A DNA stretch of 64,000 nt from an uncultured Acidobacteriota bacterium (GCA_963741955.1 CAVUKB010000006.1:352001-416000), one strand, 5' to 3'; positions 28,116 through 38,832 are shown, counted from the stretch's first letter. Notes: generated by a model not told the origin, from the sequence alone. Numbers and translations: made by a program.

Positions 28116-30749
28116 ATGGCATCCCGCGGCAGACTCTTCCTCATCGACGGCTCGTCGAATATCTACCGGTCGTACTACGCGATCCGTGGGCTGACCAATT
28201 CGTCCGGCATGTCGACCAACGCGGTCTACGGCTTCATCCAGATTCTGCGTAAGCTCCTCAAGGACCAGAAGCCGGACGCGATCGCGGTCGCATTCGACGT
28301 GAGCGGTCCGACGTTCCGCCATAAGCAGTTCGAGGACTACAAGAAGGACCGAAAGCCGATGCCGGACGATCTGTCGATCCAGATCCCGTTCATCCGGGAA
28401 GTCTGCGAAGGATTTCGTATCCCCATTCTCGAGATTCCGGAGTACGAGGCCGACGATGTAATCGGCTCGGTCGCCTGCCGCGCTCGCGACGCGGGGTTCC
28501 AGGTCGTGATCGCGACTGCAGACAAGGATTTCTTCCAGCTCGTCGGCGACGGCATCCAGATGTACCACACCGGGCGGGACACTCTTTACGACGCTCCCGG
28601 CGCCACCGAAGCGTTCGGTGTCGCACCGGCCCTCGTGCCCGACGTGATGGGGATCTGGGGCGATGCCATCGACGGGATTCCCGGAGTCCCCGGGATCGGC
28701 GAGAAGGGGGCGAAAGCGCTGATCGGCGAATTCGGCTCGCTCGATGCGATCTACGAGCATCTCGACGACGTGAAGAAGGCCTCGCAGCGAAACAAGCTCG
28801 AGGAGTTCCGCGATCAGGCTTTCCTCTCCCGCGATCTCGCGCGGATTCGTTGCGATCTCGATGTCGGCGTGGAGCTCGAATCGTTTTTTCTGGAAGAGCC
28901 CGATCGCGAGCGGCTCCACCAGCTTTTCTCGAAGCTCGAGTTCCAGTCGCTGATGCAGGAGTTCCTGCCGCAGGCGGAACCGCTCACGCGCGACTACCGC
29001 GCCATCGGCGGCGCCGCGGATCTCGCTCAGTTCCTGAGCGGCGACGCTCCGCTCGCAATCCATTTCCAGTCCGACCCGGAGGGAGCCGGACAGCCGGTGG
29101 GAGTCGCGCTCTCGTCCAAGCCTGGTGAGGCCGTTGTCGTTCCTCTGGCCGACCACCTCGGCGGGAGCGACGAGACGCGCGCCGCGATTCGGAAACTCGT
29201 CGAATCGGAGCGCACTCTCGTCGCCCACGACATGAAGCTGGAGATGCGACGGCTGCTCGACGCCGGATGGCCCCTCCCGCGACGATTCGAAGACACCATG
29301 ATGATCTCGTACGTCCTCAACCCCGGTGCCTACGCGCACGCGCTGGAGAACGTTGCGAGGGAGCGGCTCAAACGCGACGTCACCACATGGAAGGAGCTTC
29401 TCGCCCGGGTCGAGAAACTCGACCTCGGGGAAGAGTGCTGCCGCTACATCGGTGAGAAGTCGGACCTCGTCTTCGAGCTCTGGGAGTCGCTCTCGAAGGA
29501 GATGGAAGCGGAGCCTGCGCTCCGGAAGATCTACGAAGAGATCGAGATCCCGCTCATTCCGATTCTGGGAAAGATGGAGCACCGCGGGATCCGGATCGAC
29601 ACGACCCTCCTGGGGGAGATGTCCGAGACGATGGGAGGGCAGATCGCGGAGCTCGAGGAACGGATCTACAAGGAAGCGGGACAGACGTTCAACATCAACT
29701 CCCCCGCACAGCTCGGGACCATCCTCTTCGAGAAGCTCCAGTATCCGGTTCTGAAGAAGACCCAGAAGACGAAAAGCTATTCGACCGGCGTAGAGGTCCT
29801 TCGGGAGCTCGCCAGTCACGGCTATGCGGTGCCGCAGTTGATCCTCGAGCACCGCGAGCTCCACAAGCTGAAGTCGACCTACGTCGACGCGCTCCCGCAG
29901 CTCGTCGCGCCGGACGGCCGCGTGCACACGTCGTTCAACCAGGCCGTCGCCGCGACAGGGCGGCTCTCGTCATCCGATCCCAATCTGCAGAACATTCCGG
30001 TCCGGACCGCACAAGGGCGGGAGATCCGGCGCGCATTCATCGCGGAGCCGGGAAATGTTCTCATCGCCGCCGATTACTCGCAGATCGAGCTGCGGATTCT
30101 CGCGCACATGACCGGAGACGCCGATCTGATCGAGACGTTCGCTCGCGGAGCCGACATCCACCGCACCACCGCTGCGCGGATCTTCGGGATGGGCGAGGAC
30201 GAGGTCTCATCCGAGCAGCGGCGGGCGGCGAAGACGATCAACTTCGGTGTGCTCTATGGAATGTCGGCATTCCGCCTCTCGCAGGAGCTCGGCATCTCGG
30301 GAGCGGAGGCGAAGGAGTTCATCGAGTCCTACTTCGCACGGTTCCCCACCATCCGCTCGTATCTGGATGCGACTCTCGAGGAAGCCCGGCAGAGCGGGAA
30401 GGTGACCACGCTCTTCGGCCGTGTCCGTTACATTCCGGAGATCCACAACCGCTCATGGACCGTTCGGGGCAACGCCGAACGGATGGCCACGAACGCGCCG
30501 ATCCAGGGAACGGCAGCGGACTTGCTCAAGCTCGCGATGATCGCGCTCGACCGGAGACTCGAGAAGGAGATGCCGCGTGCAGAGATGCTGCTCACGGTCC
30601 ACGACGAGATCGTGCTCGAAGCTCCGGAGAGAGAAGCGGACGAGGTAGCGCGGCTCGTCCAGTCGACCATGGAAGGAGTCTATCCGCTGGCAGTTCCGCT
30701 CGCGGTGGAGACACGGTGGGGTAGAAGTTGGTTCGAAGCAAAAGGCTGA
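28116..30749 (+). CDS. polA: DNA polymerase I
   Basis: 5'-3' exonuclease motifs ('LIDGS', 'EADD') and polymerase motifs 'TGRLSS..PNLQN', 'ADYSQIELR', 'AKTINFG..YG' and 'VHDE'. Confidence 0.97.
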   Translation: MASRGRLFLIDGSSNIYRSYYAIRGLTNSSGMSTNAVYGFIQILRKLLKDQKPDAIAVAFDVSGPTFRHKQFEDYKKDRKPMPDDLSIQIPFIREVCEGFRIPILEIPEYEADDVIGSVACRARDAGFQVVIATADKDFFQLVGDGIQMYHTGRDTLYDAPGATEAFGVAPALVPDVMGIWGDAIDGIPGVPGIGEKGAKALIGEFGSLDAIYEHLDDVKKASQRNKLEEFRDQAFLSRDLARIRCDLDVGVELESFFLEEPDRERLHQLFSKLEFQSLMQEFLPQAEPLTRDYRAIGGAADLAQFLSGDAPLAIHFQSDPEGAGQPVGVALSSKPGEAVVVPLADHLGGSDETRAAIRKLVESERTLVAHDMKLEMRRLLDAGWPLPRRFEDTMMISYVLNPGAYAHALENVARERLKRDVTTWKELLARVEKLDLGEECCRYIGEKSDLVFELWESLSKEMEAEPALRKIYEEIEIPLIPILGKMEHRGIRIDTTLLGEMSETMGGQIAELEERIYKEAGQTFNINSPAQLGTILFEKLQYPVLKKTQKTKSYSTGVEVLRELASHGYAVPQLILEHRELHKLKSTYVDALPQLVAPDGRVHTSFNQAVAATGRLSSSDPNLQNIPVRTAQGREIRRAFIAEPGNVLIAADYSQIELRILAHMTGDADLIETFARGADIHRTTAARIFGMGEDEVSSEQRRAAKTINFGVLYGMSAFRLSQELGISGAEAKEFIESYFARFPTIRSYLDATLEEARQSGKVTTLFGRVRYIPEIHNRSWTVRGNAERMATNAPIQGTAADLLKLAMIALDRRLEKEMPRAEMLLTVHDEIVLEAPEREADEVARLVQSTMEGVYPLAVPLAVETRWGRSWFEAKG

Positions 30750-31561
30750 GGCGGGTCATCGCGTTGGGGGCGGCATTCCTCGCGATCGCCTGCAGCCGTC
30801 CCGTCTCGCAGCCGTCCGCCGCCCGGAGCGGCGGGCCGAAAGTCAAAGCGAGAGTCCTGACCATCCGGATGACCACCGAGCCCGAGAAGCAGGACCTGAC
30901 CTACGAGATCATGGCCTGGAACGGGAAGGTCCGGCTCGGAAACGAGAAGGACCGGTGGCGCCTGATCGATCTGCAGGACCAGAGCGTCCTCTTCGTCGAC
31001 GACGTCGCGCAGATCTGGTGGCGGGAGTCGCTCGACGTTCTGAAGCGCGAGAAGAAACGCCAGTGGGATCGCCCCCTCCCGGCCGGAATCCCGCGAGCTC
31101 GAATCGCAGCGACTGCGCAGAAGCGGAGGATCGGTGGAGTGGATGCGACCCAGTACGTGATCCGCGCCGGCGGGTACGTTCGATCCCTCTGGCTCTCGGA
31201 TGATCCGTTGCTGGGATCGGGCTTCTTTCCGCTGCTGATCGCATCCGATCCAGTATCGCCGTCATACGCCGGAGTGATGCGGGACGCGGGATCCGGACTG
31301 ATCGGGCTTCACGGGTTTCCGGTACTCGACGAGACCGAGCTCCCATGGAAGGGTCAGGTCTTGAAAATTCGGAACGAGCTGACGTCGGTGACGGAGAAGG
31401 ACGTTCCGGAGGAGCTCTTCACCATTCCGGCGAACTACCGCGAGCACGGAACGGTCACAGGATCTGCCGCCGGTCGCCCTCCCGGCGAGTCACTCCCAGC
31501 CGGTCGAAATGCTCCAGCAACGGGATCACGATCTTCCGCGAAAGACCGAAGAAATCCTTGA
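30728..31561 (+). CDS. Putative lipoprotein (DUF4412-like)
   Basis: Lipobox LAIAC; 'ELFTIPANY' C-terminal motif. Start uncertain; tail overlaps selB. Confidence 0.65.
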   Translation: MVRSKRLRRVIALGAAFLAIACSRPVSQPSAARSGGPKVKARVLTIRMTTEPEKQDLTYEIMAWNGKVRLGNEKDRWRLIDLQDQSVLFVDDVAQIWWRESLDVLKREKKRQWDRPLPAGIPRARIAATAQKRRIGGVDATQYVIRAGGYVRSLWLSDDPLLGSGFFPLLIASDPVSPSYAGVMRDAGSGLIGLHGFPVLDETELPWKGQVLKIRNELTSVTEKDVPEELFTIPANYREHGTVTGSAAGRPPGESLPAGRNAPATGSRSSAKDRRNP

Positions 31562-33365
31562 ACCAGGCCACGTCCGCAGTCTCGCCGCCGTGAGACTCGA
31601 CACGAGCCCGCGCATCTGCGACGACCTCTTTGTGGAGATAGATTCCTTCCGCGAGGCGCACCAGCACCCCGGTCTTCACCAGGTATCCGATCACTCCCTC
31701 GATGACCTTCGGTTTCTGTGCGATGGTCTGGATCAGTTGCGAGACCGGCGGCGGCTGAAGTCCCGCCACCCGGAACCGCTCCTCGATCGTCCTGGCCAGA
31801 TCACCTTCCACACCGCTGAGCCGTTTCGAGCGCCCCGGAACGTCGACCAGATCGCCGGCGAGCGTGGCGATCTTTTCCTCCTCCAGATCGCGGAGGAGGA
31901 ATTCCGCTACGGCCGGCTCGATGGAGGGAGGCATCAGTTTCTGGAGGAATTCGCTCTTCGGCACTCCGAGTGCCATTCGGTTGCGGTTGAAGTAGTCGGA
32001 AAGAAGGTCCATCGCCGTCCGCCTGAACGCGGAGAGGACATCCCGATGGATCCAGCGCCTCGGCTCCGCTTTCGGAACTTCAACCACTTCGGGGATCGAG
32101 TCGCCGGCGAGCCGGGAGAGGAGCTCGTTCTGAAGAATCCCGGTGCGGACTTCGAGCTCGTCGACACCGAATCCTTCGATTCCGGCGAAGCGCGTGAGAA
32201 GCGCAACCCGGGGCGGGAGAGCGTCGTGCTCGAGAGGCTCGAGAAGGCCGCTCCGGGTCCCGCGAGAGAGCTTCGAAAGGTGAGGATCCAGAATCACGCC
32301 GCCGCCGATCGTGATGGATGGAGAGTAGCGTCGGATGACGAAGCGGTCACCGGAGACCGCGGTGACCGGCGACTCGAGCCGGATCTGGACCAGCCGGTCC
32401 TCTCCCGCTGCGATGCTGTTCGCTTCTCCTTCCAGGAGCCGGACCGAGCCGAGGAGCTCGGCGGAGTACAGATGGAATCGAATCCGGGTCTGGTCTTTCA
32501 GCGGCTTCGAATCGTCGAGAAGCTGGAGGCGCGCGGTGAGGATCTGCGAAGGACGGAGAGCTCCCGGCGTCGTGATCTGCTGTCCGCGCCTCAGTCGTTC
32601 CAGAGGGACGTCCGCGAGATTGATGGACGTACGCTCCCCCGCCCTCGCTGTCTCGCGCGGCGCGCCGTGAACCTGGAGATTCCGGACCCGGCTCCCGAGC
32701 CGGTCCGGGAGGATCTCGATCTCGGCGTCGGCGTCGACCGAGCCGCTGATCGTGGTTCCCGTCACCACCACTCCGAACCCCTTCAGAGTGAACACTCGAT
32801 CGATCGGCAACCGGAAGACGCGGGTCGCGACATCCCTCTCCGGCGCATGGTCGAGCGATTCGATCATCGCTTCCCGAAGCTCGTCCACCCCCGAACCGGT
32901 GACGCTGCTCACGGGGATGATCGGCGCACCCTCCAGGAAACTGCCGCGAACCAGTTCTTCGATCTCCAGACGCACGATCTCCACGATCTCAGGATCGACC
33001 AGATCGCTCTTGGTGATCGCGACGACGCCGGAAGGAATCCGGAGCAGACGGCAGATGGCGAAGTGCTCGCGTGTCTGCGGCTTGATCGACTCATCCGCGG
33101 CGACCACGAGAAGGACGCTGTCGATTCCCCCTACGCCTGCGAGCATGTTCTTCACGAAGCGCTCGTGACCGGGAACGTCGATGAACGAGATCTGCGTCTG
33201 CCCGGCCTGGAGACTGGCGAATCCGAGGTCGATGGTGATGCCACGGCGTTTCTCTTCGGGAAGGCGGTCGCAGTCGACTCCGGTCAGAGCGCGGACCAGA
33301 GCGGTCTTCCCATGGTCGATGTGCCCGGCAGTTCCGACGACTTTTCTCTTGTGCGTGTCCGGCAT
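31455..33365 (-). CDS. selB: Selenocysteine-specific elongation factor
   Basis: '[11 protein letters not shown]', 'RGITIDLGF', 'DVPGHERF' and C-terminal winged helix '[11 protein letters not shown]...T.R.GD.R'. Confidence 0.96.
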   Translation of the reverse strand: MPDTHKRKVVGTAGHIDHGKTALVRALTGVDCDRLPEEKRRGITIDLGFASLQAGQTQISFIDVPGHERFVKNMLAGVGGIDSVLLVVAADESIKPQTREHFAICRLLRIPSGVVAITKSDLVDPEIVEIVRLEIEELVRGSFLEGAPIIPVSSVTGSGVDELREAMIESLDHAPERDVATRVFRLPIDRVFTLKGFGVVVTGTTISGSVDADAEIEILPDRLGSRVRNLQVHGAPRETARAGERTSINLADVPLERLRRGQQITTPGALRPSQILTARLQLLDDSKPLKDQTRIRFHLYSAELLGSVRLLEGEANSIAAGEDRLVQIRLESPVTAVSGDRFVIRRYSPSITIGGGVILDPHLSKLSRGTRSGLLEPLEHDALPPRVALLTRFAGIEGFGVDELEVRTGILQNELLSRLAGDSIPEVVEVPKAEPRRWIHRDVLSAFRRTAMDLLSDYFNRNRMALGVPKSEFLQKLMPPSIEPAVAEFLLRDLEEEKIATLAGDLVDVPGRSKRLSGVEGDLARTIEERFRVAGLQPPPVSQLIQTIAQKPKVIEGVIGYLVKTGVLVRLAEGIYLHKEVVADARARVESHGGETADVAWFKDFFGLSRKIVIPLLEHFDRLGVTRREGDRRQIL

Positions 33366-33546
33366 CCGGAGGAGAACGATAACAGGAAAGGCGGATTCGA
33401 AATGCAGAATTCGGAAGCGGCTATGGAGCGAGAACGCGTATCTTTAGAATCCAATATTGACGCATCCTAAAATAGACACTGAATTATATGGTGTATTAAA
33501 AATACCCGTTGTTCGCTTCGATTTCGAACCCTGAACGCCGACGTCC

Positions 33547-35028
33547 TCAGCCGCCCATCCAGCCCTTGATCTTCTGCCAGAGCGTAGGCTGTGCCGGAGG
33601 CTGCGGGGGGCGCACCGGCCGCTCGTCGCGGGCGGCCGTCCGTGTCGTCGCCGTCCGCTCCCCCTCGCGCCGTGATGCGGCTCGGTTCATCGCTGCCGCC
33701 ATTTCCCGGCGTCTCTCCTCTTCGGCGGTCTGGAGTGCGAACCAGGCCCGGTCCCGCAGATTCTTCGCCACCGGACTCTCCGGATAGAGAGCGAGATACG
33801 CATCCATCCGCCGGACCGTCTCCGCGAACTGATGCGATTCATACAGGACCTTCGCGTCGCGAAGTGCGTTCTGCTTCTGCTGCGCCTCCAGAATCTGAGC
33901 CGCGGTCATGTCCGCGCGAGGTGTCGAATCGATCCTCGGAATGATCCAGCCGATGGGGACGGCGAGGCCGGCGAGCAGCACCAGAATGACCAGCACTCCG
34001 ATCAGCGTCGGAACCTGCCGGTGGAAAAGCTTTCGTCGTTTTCGCGCGTGCTCGGCATGAGCGAGCGCGGAGATCGGCGTGGTCGGAGTTTCCTCGGCGG
34101 GACGGATCTCGATCCGCGGGAGATCGATCTCTGCCTCCTCGCCCCTTTCGCTACGCGGCAGGTGCGTTTCGATCAGCCGCCGGAGCTCCCGCGCGGCGTC
34201 GGCTGCCGTGTCGAAGCGGTCCTCCGGTGCCTTTGCGAGGAGCTTCCCGAGAAACTCGGATACCCATCCGGGAACCTGAGGCGCGAGCGCACGGATGTTC
34301 CGCGGCGGCAGATTCACCACGTTGTACAGAACGTCGGTGATCAGGTCGCCCCCGAACGGCTTCTCGCCGGAGAGCATCTCGTAGAGGACGACGCCGGTGG
34401 AAAAGAGGTCTGCTCTTCCGTCGAGCGGTTTACCGCTGATCCGCTCCGGAGCCATGTAGTGCGGCGTCCCGAGGATCTGATCGACGTCGGTGACTTCCCC
34501 GTCATGACTTCGCACCGCGCGCGCAATTCCGAAGTCGGTGATCTTCGCGACGCCGTCGCGGGTCACCATCACGTTCGCCGGCTTGATGTCGCGATGGATC
34601 ACGCCGCGGTCGTGAGCGTACGCCAGTCCCTGCAGGAGGCCGAGCGCAATCCTCGCTGCTGCGTCCACCGGGAGTCGCCCGACGCGCTGGAGAAGGCCGA
34701 GCAGGGACTCGCCGTCGACGTACTCCATGGCGAGCCAGTGAATCCGGCCTCCTTCGTAGCCGACTTCGTACAGAGTGACGATGTTCGGATGATGGAGGGA
34801 TCCGCAGAGCTCCGCTTCACGACGGAAACGGCGGATGAATACCTGTTCGGCTTCCGGGTCGCTCTCCGGCCCGAGACGCCGCTGCACCGTCTTGAGCGCG
34901 GCGTGGCGCCCGATGCGAAGGTCGCGTGCGAGATAGACGACTCCCATCGCGCCCTTCCCGATCGGACGTTCGATCTCGAAGTGGTCATAGAGAAGGGCTT
35001 GAGGTTCCGTCGGCATGCTCACACTCAT
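33547..35028 (-). CDS. Membrane Hanks-type Ser/Thr protein kinase
   Basis: GKGAMG, ALK, HRDIKPAN, DFG, GTPHYMAPE, followed by a TM. Confidence 0.94.
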   Translation of the reverse strand: MSVSMPTEPQALLYDHFEIERPIGKGAMGVVYLARDLRIGRHAALKTVQRRLGPESDPEAEQVFIRRFRREAELCGSLHHPNIVTLYEVGYEGGRIHWLAMEYVDGESLLGLLQRVGRLPVDAAARIALGLLQGLAYAHDRGVIHRDIKPANVMVTRDGVAKITDFGIARAVRSHDGEVTDVDQILGTPHYMAPERISGKPLDGRADLFSTGVVLYEMLSGEKPFGGDLITDVLYNVVNLPPRNIRALAPQVPGWVSEFLGKLLAKAPEDRFDTAADAARELRRLIETHLPRSERGEEAEIDLPRIEIRPAEETPTTPISALAHAEHARKRRKLFHRQVPTLIGVLVILVLLAGLAVPIGWIIPRIDSTPRADMTAAQILEAQQKQNALRDAKVLYESHQFAETVRRMDAYLALYPESPVAKNLRDRAWFALQTAEEERRREMAAAMNRAASRREGERTATTRTAARDERPVRPPQPPAQPTLWQKIKGWMGG

Positions 35029-35096
35029 GATCCGACCGCTGCGCTTCTATGGCAAGCGCCCGATGCCGATCTCGCCTGAGGATTTGATGCCAGCTT

Positions 35097-35930
35097 TCAT
35101 CCCACCGAAGGGAAGCGCTCCGGATATTGAGATATCAGCTGGGGGGGAATCTCCGGGGTTCCCCCGAGGGCCTTTTCCAGCTCGAGGGCATTGACGATCG
35201 CCTGGCCGCGAAAGTGGTTGTTCGTGATCACGTAGACGTCGGCGTCCCGCGACATCGACTCCACCCGCTCGACCCACGGCTCGAGCTCCCCGGCCGAGTA
35301 AAGATAGTCGTACCGTTCCCACGATTCGGAATGGGCGAACCATTTCTGGTAATTCCGGCCGTGGAGGCGTGCATAGCCGAGGCCTCCCGTCACGACGCTC
35401 GACGGCCGCACCGAATCGCTGAACAGAGGCTGGTCGATGTTGACGAATCCCGTCTTGTGCTCGTCGAGGAAGCGGTAGAAGCGGTCGTTCTGGAACGAGG
35501 CATGGCGTACCTCGACCGCCTTCGGATAGTCGTCGAACGTCTCCAGAATCCCGCTGAGGCGTTCCTCGGCCGAGCCGTCTTCCTTGAAACTCCAGGGAAA
35601 CTGCACCAGGAGGGCGCCGAGCCGCCCGTTCTCCTGGAGCGGATCGAGGAAGTCGCGGAACTCCTTTGCGTCATTCGCGGCGGCTGATTCCTCATGTGTG
35701 AAGCCGCGGTAGAGTTTCACCGTGAAGCGGAAGTCGGGATTCCCTCCGACCCGCCGGATCCAGCTTTTCGCGTGTCCCACAGGGGGAATCCTGTAGAACG
35801 ACGAGTTGACTTCAATGGTTCCGAAGAAGTGCGCGAGGTAGGCGAGGTGGTCGAATCGCGACCCGTGGGGAGGGTAGACCACTCCCTCCCAATCCTTGTA
35901 GCTCCAACCTGCGGGTCCGATGCGGATCAT
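35097..35930 (-). CDS. DUF72 family protein
   Basis: 'GPAGWSY.DW', 'EVNSSFY', 'QFP.SF', 'RLHGRN', 'YDYLY' and 'NNH'. Confidence 0.92.
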   Translation of the reverse strand: MIRIGPAGWSYKDWEGVVYPPHGSRFDHLAYLAHFFGTIEVNSSFYRIPPVGHAKSWIRRVGGNPDFRFTVKLYRGFTHEESAAANDAKEFRDFLDPLQENGRLGALLVQFPWSFKEDGSAEERLSGILETFDDYPKAVEVRHASFQNDRFYRFLDEHKTGFVNIDQPLFSDSVRPSSVVTGGLGYARLHGRNYQKWFAHSESWERYDYLYSAGELEPWVERVESMSRDADVYVITNNHFRGQAIVNALELEKALGGTPEIPPQLISQYPERFPSVG

Positions 35931-36222
35931 CGATGCGCGTTCCGGCAACCGCTGGCCGATGATCGGACGGCGAGGCAAGTTATTGTCAGTACTCTCATTT
36001 TCGTTGCTCTGCATTGAAAAAATATGCTAAAACCCTGACACAACGTCACGAAAATTGAGACACACGGTGGACCTTGAACCAAGCGGAAACTCGGAAGGGG
36101 GAGTGATTATCGACTCCACTCGGGAAATTTCTGTCATTGGCGGGGGAAGATACGTCGCGGCACCCCGCACGCGCTGACGCTGCGGCCAATCAGGTTTTAC
36201 GACTTTAGGAGATCAGATTTCC

Positions 36223-36540
36223 ATGGATACCAGTTTTTCGGACAAGACCCTTAGCTGCGTGGAGTGCGGGGGCGATTTCATCTTCTCCCGGAACGAACAG
36301 GCCTTTTATGCGGAGCGCGGATTCACCAATGAGCCGAAGCGCTGCAAGAACTGCCGCGACAAGAGGAAGACTTCCCGGGACGGTGGCGGCGGATCGCGCG
36401 AGCGCGTGATGGTCACCGTGACGTGCGACAGCTGTGGTGTCAGCACCGAAGTGCCGTTCACCCCCGTCAGCGGAAAGCCGGTCTACTGCCGCGATTGCTA
36501 CAACCAGCGCCGTCAGTCCCGCCCGAGCTCTTACGCCTGA
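36223..36540 (+). CDS. Zinc-ribbon / CxxC-x17-CxxC domain protein
   Basis: 'DKTLSCVECG..F.FS..EQAFY...GF.NEPKRC..CR' and 'C..CG...EVPF.P....PVYCRDC'; AGGAG RBS. Confidence 0.92.
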   Translation: MDTSFSDKTLSCVECGGDFIFSRNEQAFYAERGFTNEPKRCKNCRDKRKTSRDGGGGSRERVMVTVTCDSCGVSTEVPFTPVSGKPVYCRDCYNQRRQSRPSSYA

Positions 36541-36560
36541 TCAAGAGCGACAGTCATCGA

Positions 36561-36594
36561 GAAACGGCGAGCTTCGGCTCGCCGTTTTCGTTTT
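36561..36594 (+). terminator. Intrinsic terminator
   Basis: AAACGGCGAGC-TTCG-GCTCGCCGTTT stem with T-runs. Confidence 0.8.
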
Positions 36595-36651
36595 CCACTT
36601 TTCCCCAGCGCACCGTCCGTCCTTGAATTGACCTCTCCCGGACACTAGAAT

Positions 36652-37623
36652 GTGCGCGCTTTGCTCAACCTGCGCCCCCCCGCTCCGTCCATCCTCGATC
36701 TGGTCGGCAATACGCCCATGGTCGAGTTGCGCCGTGTCGTGCCACCGGGCTCGGCACACATCTTCGTCAAGCTCGAGTTCCTGAGTCCGGGGGGATCGGT
36801 CAAAGACCGCATCGGCGTCGGAATGATCCGCGCCGCTGAAGAGGCGGGACTGATCTCGCCGGGTGCGACCCTGATCGAGCCGACCGCCGGCAATACCGGC
36901 GTCGCTCTGGCACTCGCCGGCGTTCAACTCGGGTACCGGGTGATGCTGGTGGTTCCCGAAAACTTCTCGGTCGAAAAACGGGAGCTGATGAAAGCCCTCG
37001 GAGGTGAAGTCGTCCTCACTTCCGCCGACGACGGAATGAAAGGCGCCATCGACAAGGCGCAGGAGCTTTCACGATCGATCCCCGGTTCGTGGGTGCCGCA
37101 GCAGTTCCGCAACCGTTTCAACAGCGACGCGCATTACCGGACCACCGGACCCGAGATCTGGGAGCAGCTCGCCGGCAAGGTCGACGGGTGGGTCGCGGGC
37201 GCCGGGACCGGTGGAACGTTCACCGGGACGGCGCGCTATCTGAAAGAGCAGAATCCCGAGCTGCACGCAGTAGTCGTCGAGCCTCAGGGCTCGGTGTTCC
37301 AGGGAGGCGACGCGGGTCCGCACGAGGTGGAGGGAATCGGATCTTCGTTCATCCCCGACGTTCTCGACCTCGATCTCGCCAGCGACGTGATCATGGTTCC
37401 GGATCCTCCTGCGTTTGCGATGGTGGCACGACTGGCGCGAGAGGAAGGGATTCTGAGCGGCTCATCGGGAGGTGCGAACGTCGTGGCTGCACTGCAACTC
37501 GCCGCGAAGCTCGGAGAGGGAAGGAATGTCGTGACCCTGATCCCCGACAGCGCAGAGCGTTATCTTTCGAAACAGATCTTCACCAGATGGGCCGCAGAGG
37601 GCGAAGCGGACCCCACGGAGTAG
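36652..37623 (+). CDS. Cysteine synthase family PLP enzyme (MccA-like O-acetylserine-dependent cystathionine beta-synthase)
   Basis: 'GNTP', 'PGGSVKDR', 'PTAGNTG' and 'GTGGT'. 'VPENFSVEK' and 'HEVEGIG..FIP' look more like MccA than CysK. Confidence 0.88.
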   Translation: MRALLNLRPPAPSILDLVGNTPMVELRRVVPPGSAHIFVKLEFLSPGGSVKDRIGVGMIRAAEEAGLISPGATLIEPTAGNTGVALALAGVQLGYRVMLVVPENFSVEKRELMKALGGEVVLTSADDGMKGAIDKAQELSRSIPGSWVPQQFRNRFNSDAHYRTTGPEIWEQLAGKVDGWVAGAGTGGTFTGTARYLKEQNPELHAVVVEPQGSVFQGGDAGPHEVEGIGSSFIPDVLDLDLASDVIMVPDPPAFAMVARLAREEGILSGSSGGANVVAALQLAAKLGEGRNVVTLIPDSAERYLSKQIFTRWAAEGEADPTE

Positions 37624-37627
37624 CCTG

Positions 37628-38770
37628 ATGGCATTTTCTACCGATTGCATTCATGCCGGCCAGGAGCCGGAACCGACCACCGGTGCGGTCTCCGTACCGA
37701 TCTTCCAGACCTCGACTTACGTTCAGCCTCGTCTGGGCGAGCACAAAGGCTACGAGTACGCGCGGACGAAGAACCCCACCCGCTCAGCGCTCGAAGCGAA
37801 TCTCGCCGTCCTCGAGCGGGGACGTAACGGACACTGTTTCGCTTCCGGTATGGCGGCGATCGACACGCTCCTCCGTCTCCTCCGCAGCGGCGACCACGTC
37901 ATCGCCGCCGAGAACATGTACGGCGGCACGTTTCGCCTGTTCGACAAGGTCCTGACGAAGTACGGTCTCGAGTTCACCTACGTCGACACGTCGAATCCGG
38001 AGGAGATCGAGAACGCGCTGCGCCCGTCGACGCGGCTCGTCTATCTCGAGACTCCTACCAACCCGATGATGACTCTCACCGACATCCGGGCGGCCGCGGA
38101 TATCGTGCGCGGGAAAAACATTCTTCTCGCCGTCGACAACACGTTCTGCTCTCCCTATCTGCAACGACCGATCGAGCTCGGTGCCGACGTCGTCGTTCAC
38201 TCCACGACCAAGTTTCTCAACGGCCATTCGGATTCGGTCGGAGGTGCGGTGATCACGAACTCCGACGAGTTGGGAGAGACGATCGGTTTTCTGCAGAACG
38301 CAGTCGGAGCGATTCTCTCGCCGATGGATTCGTTCCTCGTGCTTCGCGGAATCAAGACTCTCGCCGTCCGGATGGAGCGGCACAATTCGAACGGCGTGGC
38401 CATCGCTCAGTACCTCGAGAACCATCCGAAGGTGATGAAAGTCTATTACCCCGGCCTCGATTCGCATCCGCAGCACGAGCTGGCGAAAAGGCAGATGAGC
38501 GGATTCGGCGGAGTGATCTCGTTCGAGCTCGGCTCGAAGGAGAACGCCGCCAGTTTCCTCAACCGCGTGCGTCTCTGCTCGCTGGGTGAATCGCTCGGCG
38601 GTGTGGAGACGCTGATCTCGCATCCCGAGTCGATGACGCACGCGTCGGTGCCTCCGGAGGTGCGTACGCGACTGGGGATCACCCCGGGGCTGGTGCGCAT
38701 CTCGGTCGGGATCGAAGACGTCGAAGATCTCGTCTCGGACATCGATTCCGCCCTCCAGACGGTGGACTGA
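37628..38770 (+). CDS. Cystathionine gamma-lyase/synthase (MccB/MetB family)
   Basis: 'YEYAR..NPTR', 'ETPTNP', 'VDNTF', 'HSTTKFLNGHSD' and 'SLGGVETL..HP..MTH'. Confidence 0.92.
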   Translation: MAFSTDCIHAGQEPEPTTGAVSVPIFQTSTYVQPRLGEHKGYEYARTKNPTRSALEANLAVLERGRNGHCFASGMAAIDTLLRLLRSGDHVIAAENMYGGTFRLFDKVLTKYGLEFTYVDTSNPEEIENALRPSTRLVYLETPTNPMMTLTDIRAAADIVRGKNILLAVDNTFCSPYLQRPIELGADVVVHSTTKFLNGHSDSVGGAVITNSDELGETIGFLQNAVGAILSPMDSFLVLRGIKTLAVRMERHNSNGVAIAQYLENHPKVMKVYYPGLDSHPQHELAKRQMSGFGGVISFELGSKENAASFLNRVRLCSLGESLGGVETLISHPESMTHASVPPEVRTRLGITPGLVRISVGIEDVEDLVSDIDSALQTVD

Positions 38771-38832
38771 CGGGCTCGCTGATTCGAACGCCGCAATCCG
38801 CCTCCCGCATCCCGCAAATCGGCTGAAGTAGA

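Noticed and set aside
27702-33470. Long ORFs 27702-29927 (-) and 31509-33470 (+)
   Set aside because: Antisense shadows of polA and selB, typical of high-GC codon bias; the same applies to 59717-61228.
31455-33546. tRNA-Sec or a UGA-recoded selenoprotein near selB
   Set aside because: No tRNA cloverleaf and no interrupted redox gene recognised.
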